Position numbers and translations under genes: made by a program. The notes beneath the pieces were generated by a model. It was not told the origin of the DNA, did no database searches, and saw only the letters and a list, made by a program, of their open reading frames with translations. Of a stretch of 64,000 bases of DNA, positions 26,860-37,495 are shown in pieces. Each line of letters begins with the position of its first letter. Position 1 is the stretch's first letter. Source of the DNA: Betaproteobacteria bacterium (GTDB taxonomy: Bacteria > Pseudomonadota > Gammaproteobacteria > Burkholderiales > SG8-41); contig CANJQI010000004.1 in assembly GCA_947476215.1 (NCBI GenBank), positions 490 to 64,489 of the forward strand. Direction: 5' to 3'.

Positions 26860-28974
26860 TCAATTCTTTGTGCGCGTAATGCGAATTACCGCAGGTATCC
26901 GGCGCAAGGCGCGCATGATCTGCGCCAGATGCAAGCGGTTTGAAACCTGCAGCGTGAAACGCAAGGTTGCGTACTGGTCGCCGTCGCCGGAATCCACTGC
27001 CACGTTGTCGATGTTGGAATTGGCCTCCGCGATTTCAGCCGCAACCTTGGCCAGCACACCGCGCTGGTTCATTGCGACCAGCCGGATGCTGACGCTAAAA
27101 AGTTTCTTGGTATCCGGCGACCATTCAACGTCGAATACCTTGTCCGGATCCGAGCGCGACTTGGCGATGACCGGGCAATCGTGCGTATGGATCGCCATCC
27201 CCTGCCCCTTGTTGATGAGTCCGATAATCGGATCACCGGGAATTGGCGTGCAACAATGGGCGAACTGCACCGCCATCCCTTCAGAGCCCCGTATCATCAC
27301 CGGCCCGCTCGCTTTGCGCTCCCCGGTCGATGCATCGCCAAGCGACAACAGGCGGCGCGCCACCACGACACTCAGCCGTTTGCCGAGGCCGATGTCCGAC
27401 AGCAGATCCTCAAGCGATTTTGCGCCGGTATCCTTGATCAGCTTTTTCCACTGCGGCTCCTTGAACTGGGCAAGACTTGATTTGAAAGTTCCCAGCGCCT
27501 GATTCAGCAATCGCTCACCCAGTTGCGCCGATTCCTGCGACTGCATGGTTTTCAGAAAGTGGCGGATATGGGCGCGCGCATTGGCGGTGACGACGTAGTT
27601 GAGCCATTGCGGATTGGGTTTGGCATGCGAGGCGGTAATGATTTCGACGCGGTCGCCGTTGCGCAGCTCGGTCCTGAGCGGCACCAGTTCGTCATTGATC
27701 TTGACCGCCACGCAGCGATTGCCGATGTCGGTATGCACGGCATAGGCAAAATCAACCCCGGTCGCGCCGCGCGGCTGCGACAGTATCTTGCCCTTGGGCG
27801 TAAAGACATACACCGCGTCCGGGAACAGATCGATTTTCAGGTGTTCGAGAAATGCGACGGAGTCGCCGCCGTCCAACTGGACCTGCAACAAGCTTTGCAG
27901 CCACTGGTGCGTTTTCTTCTGCAACTCGTTCAGCGACGCGCCCGAATTCTTGTAGAGCCAGTGCGAGGCGACACCGGCTTCCGCGATTTTGTGCATTTCC
28001 TGCGTGCGTATCTGCATCTCTATCGGACTGCCGAATGGTCCAAACAAGGTGGTGTGCAACGACTGGTATCCGTTCTCCTTGGGTATCGCTATGTAGTCTT
28101 TGAAACTGCCGGGTATGGGTTTATACAGTCCGTGCAGCGCGCCTAGCGCCAGATAACATGCCGGAGTGTCCTTGACGATAATGCGAAACCCGAATACGTC
28201 GAGCACTTTTGCGAACTGCAGCCGCTTCTCTATCATTTTTCGATAGATGCTGTGTACGTGCTTTTCGCGTCCCTGCACGGCGGCTTCCATGCCATCCTGT
28301 TTGAGGCGCTCCGTGATCGCGTCGCGTACCTTGCCGACGACTTCGCGCCGGTGGCCGCGCGCAGCCACGAGCGCTTTGGTCAGCACCCGATTACGCGCCG
28401 GATACAAAAAACTGAAGCTCAGATCCTCGAGTTCCTGAAAAATGTTATTCAGGCCTAGCCGGTTCGCGATCGGCGCGTAAATTTCGAGCGTTTCGCGCGC
28501 AATGCGCTTGCGTTTGGCGGCAGGCACCGCGCCCAGCGTGCGCATGTTGTGCAAACGGTCGGCGAGCTTGATGAGCATGACACGCACGTCGCGCGACATT
28601 GCGAGGAGCATCTTGCGGAAGTTTTCGGCCTGCGCTGCTTCGCGGGTTTCGAACTCAATATGATCGAGCTTGCTCACGCCGTCGACCAGTTCCGCCACCG
28701 ACTTGCCGAACTTGCGGGTGATTTCGGCCTTGGTAACGGAGGTGTCCTCCATCACGTCATGCAGCAGCGCGGCAGTCAATGCCTGGGAATCCAGATGCAG
28801 CTTGGCAAGTATGTTCGCGACCTCCAGCGGGTGCGAAATGTAAGGTTCGCCGGACGCGCGGAACTGCCCGCTATGCGCGGCTTCGCTGAACTGGTAAGCG
28901 GTAGCCAGCCGCTCCATGTCTTCCGGCTTGAGATAGCCGGACCACTCCTCGGGCAGTGTTGCAGCGTCTGACAT
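26860..28974 (-). CDS. spoT: bifunctional (p)ppGpp synthetase/hydrolase
   Basis: 704 aa with an HD domain (HPLEVANILA, HDVMEDT), a RelA/SpoT synthetase domain, and TGS and ACT regions. Confidence 0.92.
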   Translation of the reverse strand: MSDAATLPEEWSGYLKPEDMERLATAYQFSEAAHSGQFRASGEPYISHPLEVANILAKLHLDSQALTAALLHDVMEDTSVTKAEITRKFGKSVAELVDGVSKLDHIEFETREAAQAENFRKMLLAMSRDVRVMLIKLADRLHNMRTLGAVPAAKRKRIARETLEIYAPIANRLGLNNIFQELEDLSFSFLYPARNRVLTKALVAARGHRREVVGKVRDAITERLKQDGMEAAVQGREKHVHSIYRKMIEKRLQFAKVLDVFGFRIIVKDTPACYLALGALHGLYKPIPGSFKDYIAIPKENGYQSLHTTLFGPFGSPIEMQIRTQEMHKIAEAGVASHWLYKNSGASLNELQKKTHQWLQSLLQVQLDGGDSVAFLEHLKIDLFPDAVYVFTPKGKILSQPRGATGVDFAYAVHTDIGNRCVAVKINDELVPLRTELRNGDRVEIITASHAKPNPQWLNYVVTANARAHIRHFLKTMQSQESAQLGERLLNQALGTFKSSLAQFKEPQWKKLIKDTGAKSLEDLLSDIGLGKRLSVVVARRLLSLGDASTGERKASGPVMIRGSEGMAVQFAHCCTPIPGDPIIGLINKGQGMAIHTHDCPVIAKSRSDPDKVFDVEWSPDTKKLFSVSIRLVAMNQRGVLAKVAAEIAEANSNIDNVAVDSGDGDQYATLRFTLQVSNRLHLAQIMRALRRIPAVIRITRTKN

Positions 28975-29052
28975 ATCCGGTCAAAGGAATCTGAAGATCA
29001 GGTTACATTGTGCCGCAATTCTCCAGATCCGCAACCGGCGATGCAGGGCGCG

Positions 29053-29259
29053 TCAGGACGGCGTCTTGATCAGTATGTCGACGCCGTACTTGCCGGCGGC
29101 CATTTCGCGCAGTGCGATGACCGTCGCCTTGTCACGGTTTGCCTCGACCATGACCGCGGCGCCATTGGCAATCTGGCGCGCGCGGTACGTGGCGGCGAGC
29201 GTAAGCTCAAAGCGATTCGGGATCAGTTTCAAACAATCGTCGACAGTGATGCGTGCCAT
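29053..29259 (-). CDS. rpoZ: DNA-directed RNA polymerase subunit omega
   Basis: 68 aa: [30 protein letters not shown]. Confidence 0.92.
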   Translation of the reverse strand: MARITVDDCLKLIPNRFELTLAATYRARQIANGAAVMVEANRDKATVIALREMAAGKYGVDILIKTPS

Positions 29260-29480
29260 GTCTATTCCTCAATTCGTCAGGTCGGTCGGAGGGGCGTGCG
29301 AACACGCGGGACGTGAGCCGGTCGTTCGCACAAAAAACGTATGGAATCGTGGGCGGGCTCAGCCAGAATTAGCCTTAATAATAACACACTTAAGTCACTT
29401 TTCCCGTCCGCCGGACAAACACGCGGAGCGCCCGGCGGAAACGCGCGCCCAAGTCGCCACGAAGCTCAATACCGGGAAGC

Positions 29481-29506
29481 AAAACGCCCGCGATTGCGGG
29501 CGTTTT
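29481..29506. terminator. bidirectional rho-independent terminator (11-bp perfect stem, GATT loop, A/T runs on both sides)
   Basis: AAAACGCCCGC-GATT-GCGGGCGTTTT lies 31 nt downstream of the cupin-rubredoxin stop and upstream of rpoZ. Confidence 0.7.
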
Positions 29507-29536
29507 GGCGATTTCGCAAATCGATGTGCGCGGAAA

Positions 29537-30478
29537 CTACACCTCAACCATCTGAAAATCGCTTTTGCTCGCGGCACAATCCGGACAGCTCCAGGTTTCC
29601 GGCACATCCGCCCACCGCGTGCCGGCGGGAATACCCTCCCCAGGCATGCCCTCGGCCTCGTCGTAGGCAAACGCACACAACTCGCACTGCCACTTCTTGA
29701 ACCCTGCCGCCTTCGACGGCGCTTTGGCGTCGACTTCGCGCGGTGCGACGCTGGGGAAATTCATGATGATGGCTTCCAGCCCCTGGGCACCGGCTTGCAG
29801 GTCGAATGCCTTTTCATCCGGCTTGATGAACACCACGGTAGGGGCCGGACGCTCCTTGCCTTCATGTATGAGGCTGCCTTTGACGACAACCACGTATTGA
29901 CCATCACCGCGTGAAGGATCGGGAGCATTGGTCCTCGTATTCGGCCCCATGGTGATGGTGGACGTGAACAGCCCCTGGTCATCTTTGATCTCGGCTACGT
30001 CCAGCGTGCTGACGCCCGAACCCTGCGAGGGAAAATTCACCTTGGCGGTGACCTGCCACGGCCTTCGCCCGGGTATCTGTTTCAACTTGTCGAGCGCGGC
30101 GGGAAAGCGTTGCGCGCCCGGATCAAAGCGGCTGCGCATGACGATGAACGCCCAACCCGTGTCCTTGTCGGATTGCAGCGGACCGTATGGCGTATACGCG
30201 CGCGAAAAATGCACGCAGTAGGGAGACACGTCGTGCCGCCCGAAGGTGCCCTTGCCTTCCATGATGACCTGGAACTGATCGACGATGTGAAAGTGCGCCG
30301 CGGAGTAGCGCGCTTCGCCGGCCGGATAGCGATTGAGCGCCGCAGTCGGTTCGTCGGGCATCTTCGCGTTGGCACGGAAAAACGTGGTGTTCAGCGCTCC
30401 GGGACTGCCGGGTACCAGCTTGGACGGCTGATTTACCTTGTCCGGACTGATTTCATTCATGGCTACAACTAATGACAT
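29537..30478 (-). CDS. cupin-domain protein fused to a C-terminal rubredoxin
   Basis: 313 aa. A cupin-like [18 protein letters not shown] motif is present. The last ~50 aa, [46 protein letters not shown], form a canonical rubredoxin (CxxC...CxxC). Confidence 0.75.
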   Translation of the reverse strand: MSLVVAMNEISPDKVNQPSKLVPGSPGALNTTFFRANAKMPDEPTAALNRYPAGEARYSAAHFHIVDQFQVIMEGKGTFGRHDVSPYCVHFSRAYTPYGPLQSDKDTGWAFIVMRSRFDPGAQRFPAALDKLKQIPGRRPWQVTAKVNFPSQGSGVSTLDVAEIKDDQGLFTSTITMGPNTRTNAPDPSRGDGQYVVVVKGSLIHEGKERPAPTVVFIKPDEKAFDLQAGAQGLEAIIMNFPSVAPREVDAKAPSKAAGFKKWQCELCAFAYDEAEGMPGEGIPAGTRWADVPETWSCPDCAASKSDFQMVEV

Positions 30479-30553
30479 AAATCCTCCATAAGAATTTAGC
30501 GTTTTGGGGTGAATACCCGAATGACGATCTGCTATCTTACTCCGCGTCCGAAT

Positions 30554-31939
30554 TCAGCGCGCCCCGACTTCCGTCGCCGCCAGTAACGTTTCCAAATTTT
30601 CGGATTTTTCCAGATTCCATAATGCATCCAACAACTTACGTGCCTGTGCCGCGGGCAGCCGCTCGCCCACCTGCTGCAAAAATTTTGCCTCCAGTTCCTG
30701 ATCCGACATGGGGTTGGCGGGGTGCCCCTTGGGATTAATCTGGTGGGCGGCAACCACTTTTCCGGACTTCAGCGTGGCTTCGATCCGGCAGTGATGCGTG
30801 TGCGAACGGGCCGCGGTGTAAACCGGATCTTCCTTGACGCTGATTTTTTTCATCAGCGCCAGTATGGTCGGATCGCGGAAGCGTCGCGGCGTCATCGTCT
30901 CTTCGGTAATTTCGCCGTCAACCAGAGCCGCGCCTAGCAAATAGGGCCCGCTGTGGTCGGCCGTCTCGCGGGTCTTGGGATCCCATCGCGCGGGGCTGAA
31001 AATGTCGTTGTAGGCAAGATGCGAATCCGCATAAACAACGATGGACTCGACATCGTCGAGCTTGAGTTTCTGGCGCAATTCGAATGCGGTGAAAACCGGC
31101 AGCTGTATCGAATACACCACTGGCAGGTACTTGAAATAGACGCCCTCGATCTTGTAAGGGACACCACCGTTGCCACCCAGATCACCGAGCTTGAACGGCG
31201 TATCAAGCTGTTTCATGAACCCCGCCGTCCCCTCGAATGGCTGCGCCGGTCCGGTGATACCCGCCTGCGCCAGTTGCGCCGCCATCAGTCCTGCGCGGCT
31301 GCCGTTGGGACCCGCCAGTCCTTTCCACACACAGAGCTCGCCTTTGCGGGTTTCTCTAAGGCAAATGTTAGCCACCAGCGCCAGACCCAGTGCGCTGTGC
31401 AGTTGCTCCTTGGTCAATCCCAATACCTTGCCGGCGCCCAGCGAGGTGGCCGCCGAATGCATGACCGGGTAATCCCATCCCTTGGATCCCAGCGTAATGT
31501 GGTCCACGAGCTGGGCGCACACCTCGTACGCGATGACAGTACCCAGTATCATTGTCCTGCCGTTACCACGCATCGATTCGGTGGCCGCCAGCAGACTGCC
31601 GATGTTGTCGCTCGGATGCGGACCTGCCTGCAGACTGTGGCTGCCGAAGTAATCATCGCTGAAGTCCAGGTAACGGATCATCGTGCCGTTGACGAATCCG
31701 GCCTGCTCGGGTGAGCTCCGGATGCGGGTGCCGATGAGCGTGGCGGGATTGGTGGCGGTTATCTTCTGCGCCAGCGCTCGCACTGCCTTAACCGGTTCCG
31801 CGTCGAACGCGCCCAAAGCGCATCCTATGGAATCGACGATACTGCGCTTGGCACCATGTATCGCCTGCGCGGTCAGATCGTCATAAGACAGACCCGCTGC
31901 GTAGCTGACAAATTTATCCGCGGTTGCATCCATAGTCAT
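30554..31939 (-). CDS. MmgE/PrpD family protein
   Basis: 461 aa with PrpD-fold N- and C-domain motifs (IVDSIGCALGA, FSDDYFGSH). Confidence 0.88.
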   Translation of the reverse strand: MTMDATADKFVSYAAGLSYDDLTAQAIHGAKRSIVDSIGCALGAFDAEPVKAVRALAQKITATNPATLIGTRIRSSPEQAGFVNGTMIRYLDFSDDYFGSHSLQAGPHPSDNIGSLLAATESMRGNGRTMILGTVIAYEVCAQLVDHITLGSKGWDYPVMHSAATSLGAGKVLGLTKEQLHSALGLALVANICLRETRKGELCVWKGLAGPNGSRAGLMAAQLAQAGITGPAQPFEGTAGFMKQLDTPFKLGDLGGNGGVPYKIEGVYFKYLPVVYSIQLPVFTAFELRQKLKLDDVESIVVYADSHLAYNDIFSPARWDPKTRETADHSGPYLLGAALVDGEITEETMTPRRFRDPTILALMKKISVKEDPVYTAARSHTHHCRIEATLKSGKVVAAHQINPKGHPANPMSDQELEAKFLQQVGERLPAAQARKLLDALWNLEKSENLETLLAATEVGAR

Positions 31940-31991
31940 CCGTGCTTTCTGATTTTGTCGACAGGGGATACCGCGCCGGCACTTTGGTGTC

Positions 31992-33386
31992 TCAGGCGAG
32001 CGTGAATAGCGGCGGGAGATCCGCCATGCTCCCCATGTCTTCGAGGTTTAACAGTCGATCCAGTATGAAGTTTACTCTCTTTGCTCCCAACGCATCTTCG
32101 CTCAGCGCGCGAAACTTGTCCGTCACCAGCGACAAACTGCTGTGCGCCGACTGATCGCCCTTGCCATAGCTCACGTCAGCCGTCTGGCGCTCGCCGGAAG
32201 TCGCCATGATAGTCACGCGCGCGCACTGTCGTGCCGGCACCTGCTGGTATGCGCGTGTGTATTCTTCGTTTTCGATGACTTCGATTTTCTGCATCAACGC
32301 ACGCAGATCGGGGTCCCACAAACGCGCGTTGCCGTACGAGCGCGGGGTCAACGTTCCGTCCACCAGCGCCGCCGCGACGATGAACGGGATGCTGTGATCG
32401 GCCGTCTCGGGCGAATCGGGATTCCAGTCGTGTGCTCCCGATCCGGAAGCCGCTTTCGCCTTCATGTGAACTTCGACCGTAATACGATCGATACCATTTG
32501 CACTCTTGACCGGCGCGAGTTTCTCCGCCGCGAGAGCCGTCGCGATAATCAGCCCGACCGCCGGCCGCGTCTTGATGGTCGACTCGGCAATCTTGAATGA
32601 AACCGCGCCGCCGCCGAAAGTGTCCAGGGTAAACTGCTCGCGGGCCACATGCGCACACCATCCCGCCTTGCCCGTGAAAGGCAGATGCGGACCTTCCATG
32701 CCCGCCTGCGCCAGTTGCGCCGCAAACACGCCGGCGCGCCCTGATTGCCCCGAGGCCGCCATTTTCCACGTCGTAAGGTGGCCTATTCGAGTCTGTTTCA
32801 GCGCATTGTTCGGCACTGCCGCCATGGCAATACAGTGCGCGAATTCGCTTTCCGACAGGCCCAGCATTCTGCCCGCGCCTACCGCAGCGCCCACGCAGCC
32901 GAAAGTCGTGTAATCGAAACCGTCGTTGTGAAAAATATCCGCGAGCCGTATGAAGACTTCATAGGCAAGCACGACGGCCGTGATGAAATCGCGACCGCTC
33001 GCACGTGCCGGTTCGCCGACGGCAAGCACGGGCGCAATAACGTCGCTCGGGTGTCCGTGCGCGCTTCCCGGCCAATGGTAGGTGTCGGTGAAATTGACAT
33101 ATCTGGCAGTCGCGGCGTTGACGAAAGCGGCGACGTCGGGCGCTGTCTTCATGCGTGTACCGAGCACGCTCGCCCCGTGCGCAGTGGGGCAACTTGCAGC
33201 CAGCTTGCGCGCAAGCTGGCAAGGTTCGCCAAAGAAACCTGCCACCAGCGCACCGAGAGTATCAATAATGCGCAGCTTGGCAGCTTGCACGGACTCCGGC
33301 GTGAGCGCCTCATAACGCAGGCTGTACGCGTAATTCGCGAGCCGCTGTTGTACGGGATCTATCGCTCTGTCGACTTTGGATTCCAC
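31992..33386 (-). CDS. MmgE/PrpD family protein
   Basis: 464 aa (IIDTLGALVAG, FTDTYHWPGSAHGHPSD), in tandem with the previous paralogue. Confidence 0.88.
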   Translation of the reverse strand: MESKVDRAIDPVQQRLANYAYSLRYEALTPESVQAAKLRIIDTLGALVAGFFGEPCQLARKLAASCPTAHGASVLGTRMKTAPDVAAFVNAATARYVNFTDTYHWPGSAHGHPSDVIAPVLAVGEPARASGRDFITAVVLAYEVFIRLADIFHNDGFDYTTFGCVGAAVGAGRMLGLSESEFAHCIAMAAVPNNALKQTRIGHLTTWKMAASGQSGRAGVFAAQLAQAGMEGPHLPFTGKAGWCAHVAREQFTLDTFGGGAVSFKIAESTIKTRPAVGLIIATALAAEKLAPVKSANGIDRITVEVHMKAKAASGSGAHDWNPDSPETADHSIPFIVAAALVDGTLTPRSYGNARLWDPDLRALMQKIEVIENEEYTRAYQQVPARQCARVTIMATSGERQTADVSYGKGDQSAHSSLSLVTDKFRALSEDALGAKRVNFILDRLLNLEDMGSMADLPPLFTLA

Positions 33387-33610
33387 CGGCTAGTTCACAA
33401 TAGGTCTTTGCAAATGGCCTTGCGTGCCGGCACGTTCGCAGTTTGAAGATTCTTCCCAGGACGAAGTTTATCACGCTCACCAGACTCGACTTTGCCGCGC
33501 TGGCGTCCACGGAGTTTCATCATGATAGACTTTGAACCGGAAATCCCTTGGATAACGCGACGCTCATATCGCGTTGTGTTCACCGCCACCACCCCAAGAA
33601 AAGGCCACGC

Positions 33611-34579
33611 ATGACTGTAATGCTCGGTTACGAAGCTCTCAAGGGCGTGCTCGGCATGCGCGATGCAATCGATTTGCTGGAGCAATCCGCGCGCCATGAG
33701 GCTGCCGGAAAAACCGTTATTTCGCCGCGCACGAATCTGGATTTTGAACACGGTTCGATGCGCATGCTGTTTGCGATCGACTACGAGTCGGGGTATTTCG
33801 CCTCCAAAGCATATAACCGCATACAGGGGGCGGGCGTGCGCTACGTGGTATCCCTCTACCGCCTCAAGGACGGCGAACTGCTCGCGTTGCTGGACGGGCA
33901 GCAAATTACGGATCTGCGCACCGGCGCGGCGAGCGGGGTGATCGCCCGCCAGGTGCGAATTAGCGGCCCCATAACCGTAGGCGTGCTGGGTTCGGGCAAT
34001 CAGGCACGGGCGCAACTCGAAAGCCTGTCGGCGGCGTACGCCGTGCAGTCCGCCGTGGTGTACAGCCCCAATCGCGAACATCGCACCAAATATGCTTTCG
34101 ACATGAGCGCAAAACTGGGATACCCCGTAGCCGCCGTTGATACCGCGGAAAGCGCCGCGCGAGGATGCAGCGTAGTCGCCACCGCGACCCGCTCGCGCAG
34201 CAGCGAACCCGTATTACGGGCCGAATGGCTGGATCACTGCCGGCTGCTGTGTGCGGTCGGCAATACGCGCAAACAGTTTTCGGAAGCAGACGTCCTTTGT
34301 TTCCGCGACGCCGGACTTGTCGTCGTCGACTCCATGCATGCGTTCAAGGATACCGGGGAGCTGATACAGGCCGCCAGGGACGACGGATTGCCGCCAGCAC
34401 GGTGTGCGGATCTCGCGCAAGTCGTGACGGGCGCCATCACCGTCCCGACATCCGGACGCGTCGCCTTCAAATCGGTGGGCACGGCACTGCAAGATCTGGC
34501 GCTTGCGGTTCGCTACTACGAACTGCTGGGCTCGCGCAAAGGACTGCCCAACGCGCCGGATATGGGAACCTTGCGTTAA
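33611..34579 (+). CDS. ornithine cyclodeaminase / mu-crystallin family protein
   Basis: Start at the ATG at 33611 (MTVMLGYEALKGVLGMRDAIDLLEQ). The Rossmann motif VGVLGSGNQARAQ and TDLRTGAASGV are present. Confidence 0.85.
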   Translation: MTVMLGYEALKGVLGMRDAIDLLEQSARHEAAGKTVISPRTNLDFEHGSMRMLFAIDYESGYFASKAYNRIQGAGVRYVVSLYRLKDGELLALLDGQQITDLRTGAASGVIARQVRISGPITVGVLGSGNQARAQLESLSAAYAVQSAVVYSPNREHRTKYAFDMSAKLGYPVAAVDTAESAARGCSVVATATRSRSSEPVLRAEWLDHCRLLCAVGNTRKQFSEADVLCFRDAGLVVVDSMHAFKDTGELIQAARDDGLPPARCADLAQVVTGAITVPTSGRVAFKSVGTALQDLALAVRYYELLGSRKGLPNAPDMGTLR

Positions 34580-34623
34580 CGCGGTTGTTCACGGTGCCCG
34601 CGCAAGATCCAATTCGATCTCCT

Positions 34624-34736
34624 GACGCAGAGGACACGGAGGACGCAGTGGTCCGCAGAGGAAAAGCGCTTGCCATACGAAACGCTTTTTTCACTTTGGG
34701 CGTATCTTACCCGGCGCACCTCTGCGTCCTCTGCGT
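34624..34736. repeat. hairpin element with arms made of tandem 9-mers (GACGCAGAG-like x4 / CCTCTGCGT x2)
   Basis: The left arm (34624..34661) and right arm (34717..34736) are inverted relative to each other. The element lies between convergent OCD and PrpD-like genes and abuts the PrpD-like stop codon. Confidence 0.6.
34661..34692. terminator. rho-independent terminator-like hairpin inside the 9-mer-armed element
   Basis: GAAAAGCG-CTTGCCATACGAAA-CGCTTTTTTC is an 8-bp stem with a T-run on the + strand and an A-run upstream, so it is usable from both convergent genes. Confidence 0.5.
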
Positions 34737-36119
34737 TTAGAGGTTGCGCGTCTGATCCAGCGCAAACGGTTCCAGTATCTCGTTGACAGTCTTCATTTCG
34801 TCCAGATGCCACAACCGGTCTAACGCATTGCGGGCACGGTCCTGTCCCATGACCGGTTCGGTCAGCCTCAGGAATTTCGCTTCTATATCCTTGTCGCTCA
34901 TCGGATTTTTGGGGTGCCCCTTGGCGTAGCGGATTTCGCGCAGGTGCTGGTGCCCGGATTTTGTGGTGACGGTAATGCGGAACGGATAGGCCTCCGGCCA
35001 GTCGCGATTGCAGGCGTCGGTGGCGCGCACCTGGATTTTCTGCATCAGCGCGTGTATGCGGGGTTCGCGGATGCGCTCTTCCTCGAAATCTTCCAGCCAC
35101 AGTTTTCCTCTGGCGAGCCCCACAGCTGCCACGTAAGGAATGCTGTGATCGGCCGTTTCGCGGTTTTGCGGACTCCACTTGTCCGGGGTATCGGCGGATA
35201 TCTTGATCGCGTGATCGTAGGTCTCGATTTCGACCTTGTCGATATCATCGATATTGCCGTGCAAAGCCGCGTGCAACTCCAGTATCGGCGTGAAAGCGCA
35301 CTGCGCCTCGTAATCGCACGGGTAATACTTGAATTTGTCGGTTTCGATCGTGTACGGCACGCCCGCCCCACCAAACGCGGCCAGTTTCAGCGTGGTGCCC
35401 AGTTGTTGCTTGAAGCCCCGCGTGCCGTCGAATGCCTCCAACGGCCCGGTCATGCCACGGCGCGCCAACAGCGCCGCGAACGTGCCGTTGCGCGCCGAAT
35501 TCGGCGCGGTGCACCCTTTCCACATCGAGAGATGGCCAACCCGCGTCTGCCCCATCGCGGCATAGGGCACGGCGGCCAATGCCAGCGCATACGCCGTTTG
35601 ATCCTTGTTCAACCCCAGCGCTTTAGCGGCGCCGGCGGCGGCGGACACGCCGACGAATATGGCGCTGTCCCAACCCCTGGCCCTGAGATCCTTGCACGCG
35701 TCGCCGAATCGGCCCTGAACCTCATACGCAATAACGATACCGGCGATCGCGGTTTGCACCGTGGCTCCTGCATATTCCGCCGCAGCCAGCACCGCCGGAA
35801 TATTGTCACTCGGATGTCCGGCATTGCCCGACATGCTGGTATCGTTGAAGTCGAGATAACGCACCATCACGCCATTGGCGAATGCAGCCAGTTCCGGCGT
35901 GGTCTTATGCCGTGTACCCAGCACAGTGGAACCCGGTGTAGACACCGCCTCCAGCGCATGTGCGCGTGCCATGCGCGGAGGCTCCATGTCATAGCAACCC
36001 ATGGCGCAGCCCAGCGTATCTATCATGCGGCGCTTGACCTGATGTACCAGGCTGTCCGACAAGTCCGCGTAATTCAGTGCGTAGCCGTAGTTACTCAGAA
36101 AATTCAGTACGCCATCCAT
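34737..36119 (-). CDS. MmgE/PrpD family protein
   Basis: Start at the ATG at 36119 (MDGVLNFLSNYGYALNY..) after GGGGA. PrpD motifs are present (MIDTLGCAMG, FNDTSMSGNAGHPSD). Confidence 0.88.
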   Translation of the reverse strand: MDGVLNFLSNYGYALNYADLSDSLVHQVKRRMIDTLGCAMGCYDMEPPRMARAHALEAVSTPGSTVLGTRHKTTPELAAFANGVMVRYLDFNDTSMSGNAGHPSDNIPAVLAAAEYAGATVQTAIAGIVIAYEVQGRFGDACKDLRARGWDSAIFVGVSAAAGAAKALGLNKDQTAYALALAAVPYAAMGQTRVGHLSMWKGCTAPNSARNGTFAALLARRGMTGPLEAFDGTRGFKQQLGTTLKLAAFGGAGVPYTIETDKFKYYPCDYEAQCAFTPILELHAALHGNIDDIDKVEIETYDHAIKISADTPDKWSPQNRETADHSIPYVAAVGLARGKLWLEDFEEERIREPRIHALMQKIQVRATDACNRDWPEAYPFRITVTTKSGHQHLREIRYAKGHPKNPMSDKDIEAKFLRLTEPVMGQDRARNALDRLWHLDEMKTVNEILEPFALDQTRNL

Positions 36120-36310
36120 GGATTTTTCCCCGCTCGACAACTCGCACGCTCCTAAATCGGACAAACCGGCGTGGACTCTAGAGAAGATGGGCTGCGTTTG
36201 TCAATTATTTGAAAAGGGTTCGGGCTCGTGACGGGAACTGCATCACTGCGCATGGCCACGAAGTTGCATGGCCTCGTTGAATCATCGTAACATGCAGGCC
36301 AACTTTTACA

Positions 36311-37429
36311 ATGAGTTCCGCGATGGCCAAAAACGAAGTTGTTCTGCTCGGTGTCGGTGATATGGGACCGATCCATGAACCGATCCGACCCTATAGTGAA
36401 CTGGTGCGGCCCAAGCTTGCTGGCGCCGATATACGCTTTGCACAGGCTGAGCGTTTGTACTCGGACCGCGGTGCGCTGCAGGTCACGGGCATCAAACGCG
36501 GCCGCCTCAAACCACACATGATCTCGGTGTTCAGCGACTGTGGATTTGACGTGGTTTCGCTTGCCGGCAATCACGCCATGGACTGGGGCGAAGATGCTCT
36601 GATGGATACCATGAGCCTGCTTCAGGAACGGGGAATACAGACGGTAGGCGCCGGCCGCAACCTCGAGGAGGCGACACGGCCGGTGTTCATCGAACGCAAC
36701 GGGGTGCGGGTTGCGATACTCGCCTACTGCTCCGTGGTCAACGAGAACTACCACGCCGGCCCGGACCGGCCAGGCATCGCGCCGCTGCGCGTGCGCACCT
36801 TCTACGAGCCCATGGAATTTCAGCCCGGCATGCCGCCCAAGGTATTAACCTTCCTCTATGAAGAGGACCTTGCCGCCATGGTCGCGAATATCGCCGCGAC
36901 CAAGAAGGTTGCCGATGTGGTGGTCCTGTCGCTGCACTGGGGCATACATTTTCTGCCCAAACTGATAGCCGACTATCAGCCGGTTGCGGCCAAGGCGGCT
37001 TTTGCCGCGGGCGCGGATTTGATAATCGGCCATCACGCCCACGTTCCCAAGGCGATCGGCGTGCACGACGGCAAAGTGTGTTTTTACAGTCTCGGCAATT
37101 TCATTATTTCTACGCATGAACGCAATGCCGAACAGCTCGCGGATTTCAACCGCCGCACGCATGGCAGCGTAGTGTTGGATCCGGATTATCCGCGGCTCGG
37201 TTTCGGCGTCGATTCCAAGCGCACACTGGTCGCCAAGGCCGTGCTCTCCAAAAAGGGCGTGGGCAAGGTTTCCTTTCTGCCCACTTTTATCGACAAACAG
37301 CTGCGGCCCGACATACTTCAGCACGGCGATCCACGCTTTGATGAAGCCGTGAAATATATGGAATGGGCATCGGACGCGTTCGATCATAAATTTACGGTGG
37401 CCGGTGACGAAGTCGTCGTCAGCGCATAG
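36311..37429 (+). CDS. CapA family (PGA_cap metallophosphoesterase-like) protein
   Basis: 372 aa with GVGDMG, LAGNHAMDWG, HWGIH and GHHAHVPK motifs. Confidence 0.8.
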   Translation: MSSAMAKNEVVLLGVGDMGPIHEPIRPYSELVRPKLAGADIRFAQAERLYSDRGALQVTGIKRGRLKPHMISVFSDCGFDVVSLAGNHAMDWGEDALMDTMSLLQERGIQTVGAGRNLEEATRPVFIERNGVRVAILAYCSVVNENYHAGPDRPGIAPLRVRTFYEPMEFQPGMPPKVLTFLYEEDLAAMVANIAATKKVADVVVLSLHWGIHFLPKLIADYQPVAAKAAFAAGADLIIGHHAHVPKAIGVHDGKVCFYSLGNFIISTHERNAEQLADFNRRTHGSVVLDPDYPRLGFGVDSKRTLVAKAVLSKKGVGKVSFLPTFIDKQLRPDILQHGDPRFDEAVKYMEWASDAFDHKFTVAGDEVVVSA

Positions 37430-37495
37430 TGCAAGGCGTGATGCCGGTAGGCAACTTGCGGATTCCCCCTTACAACAGCTTAACTGGAGATCTAT

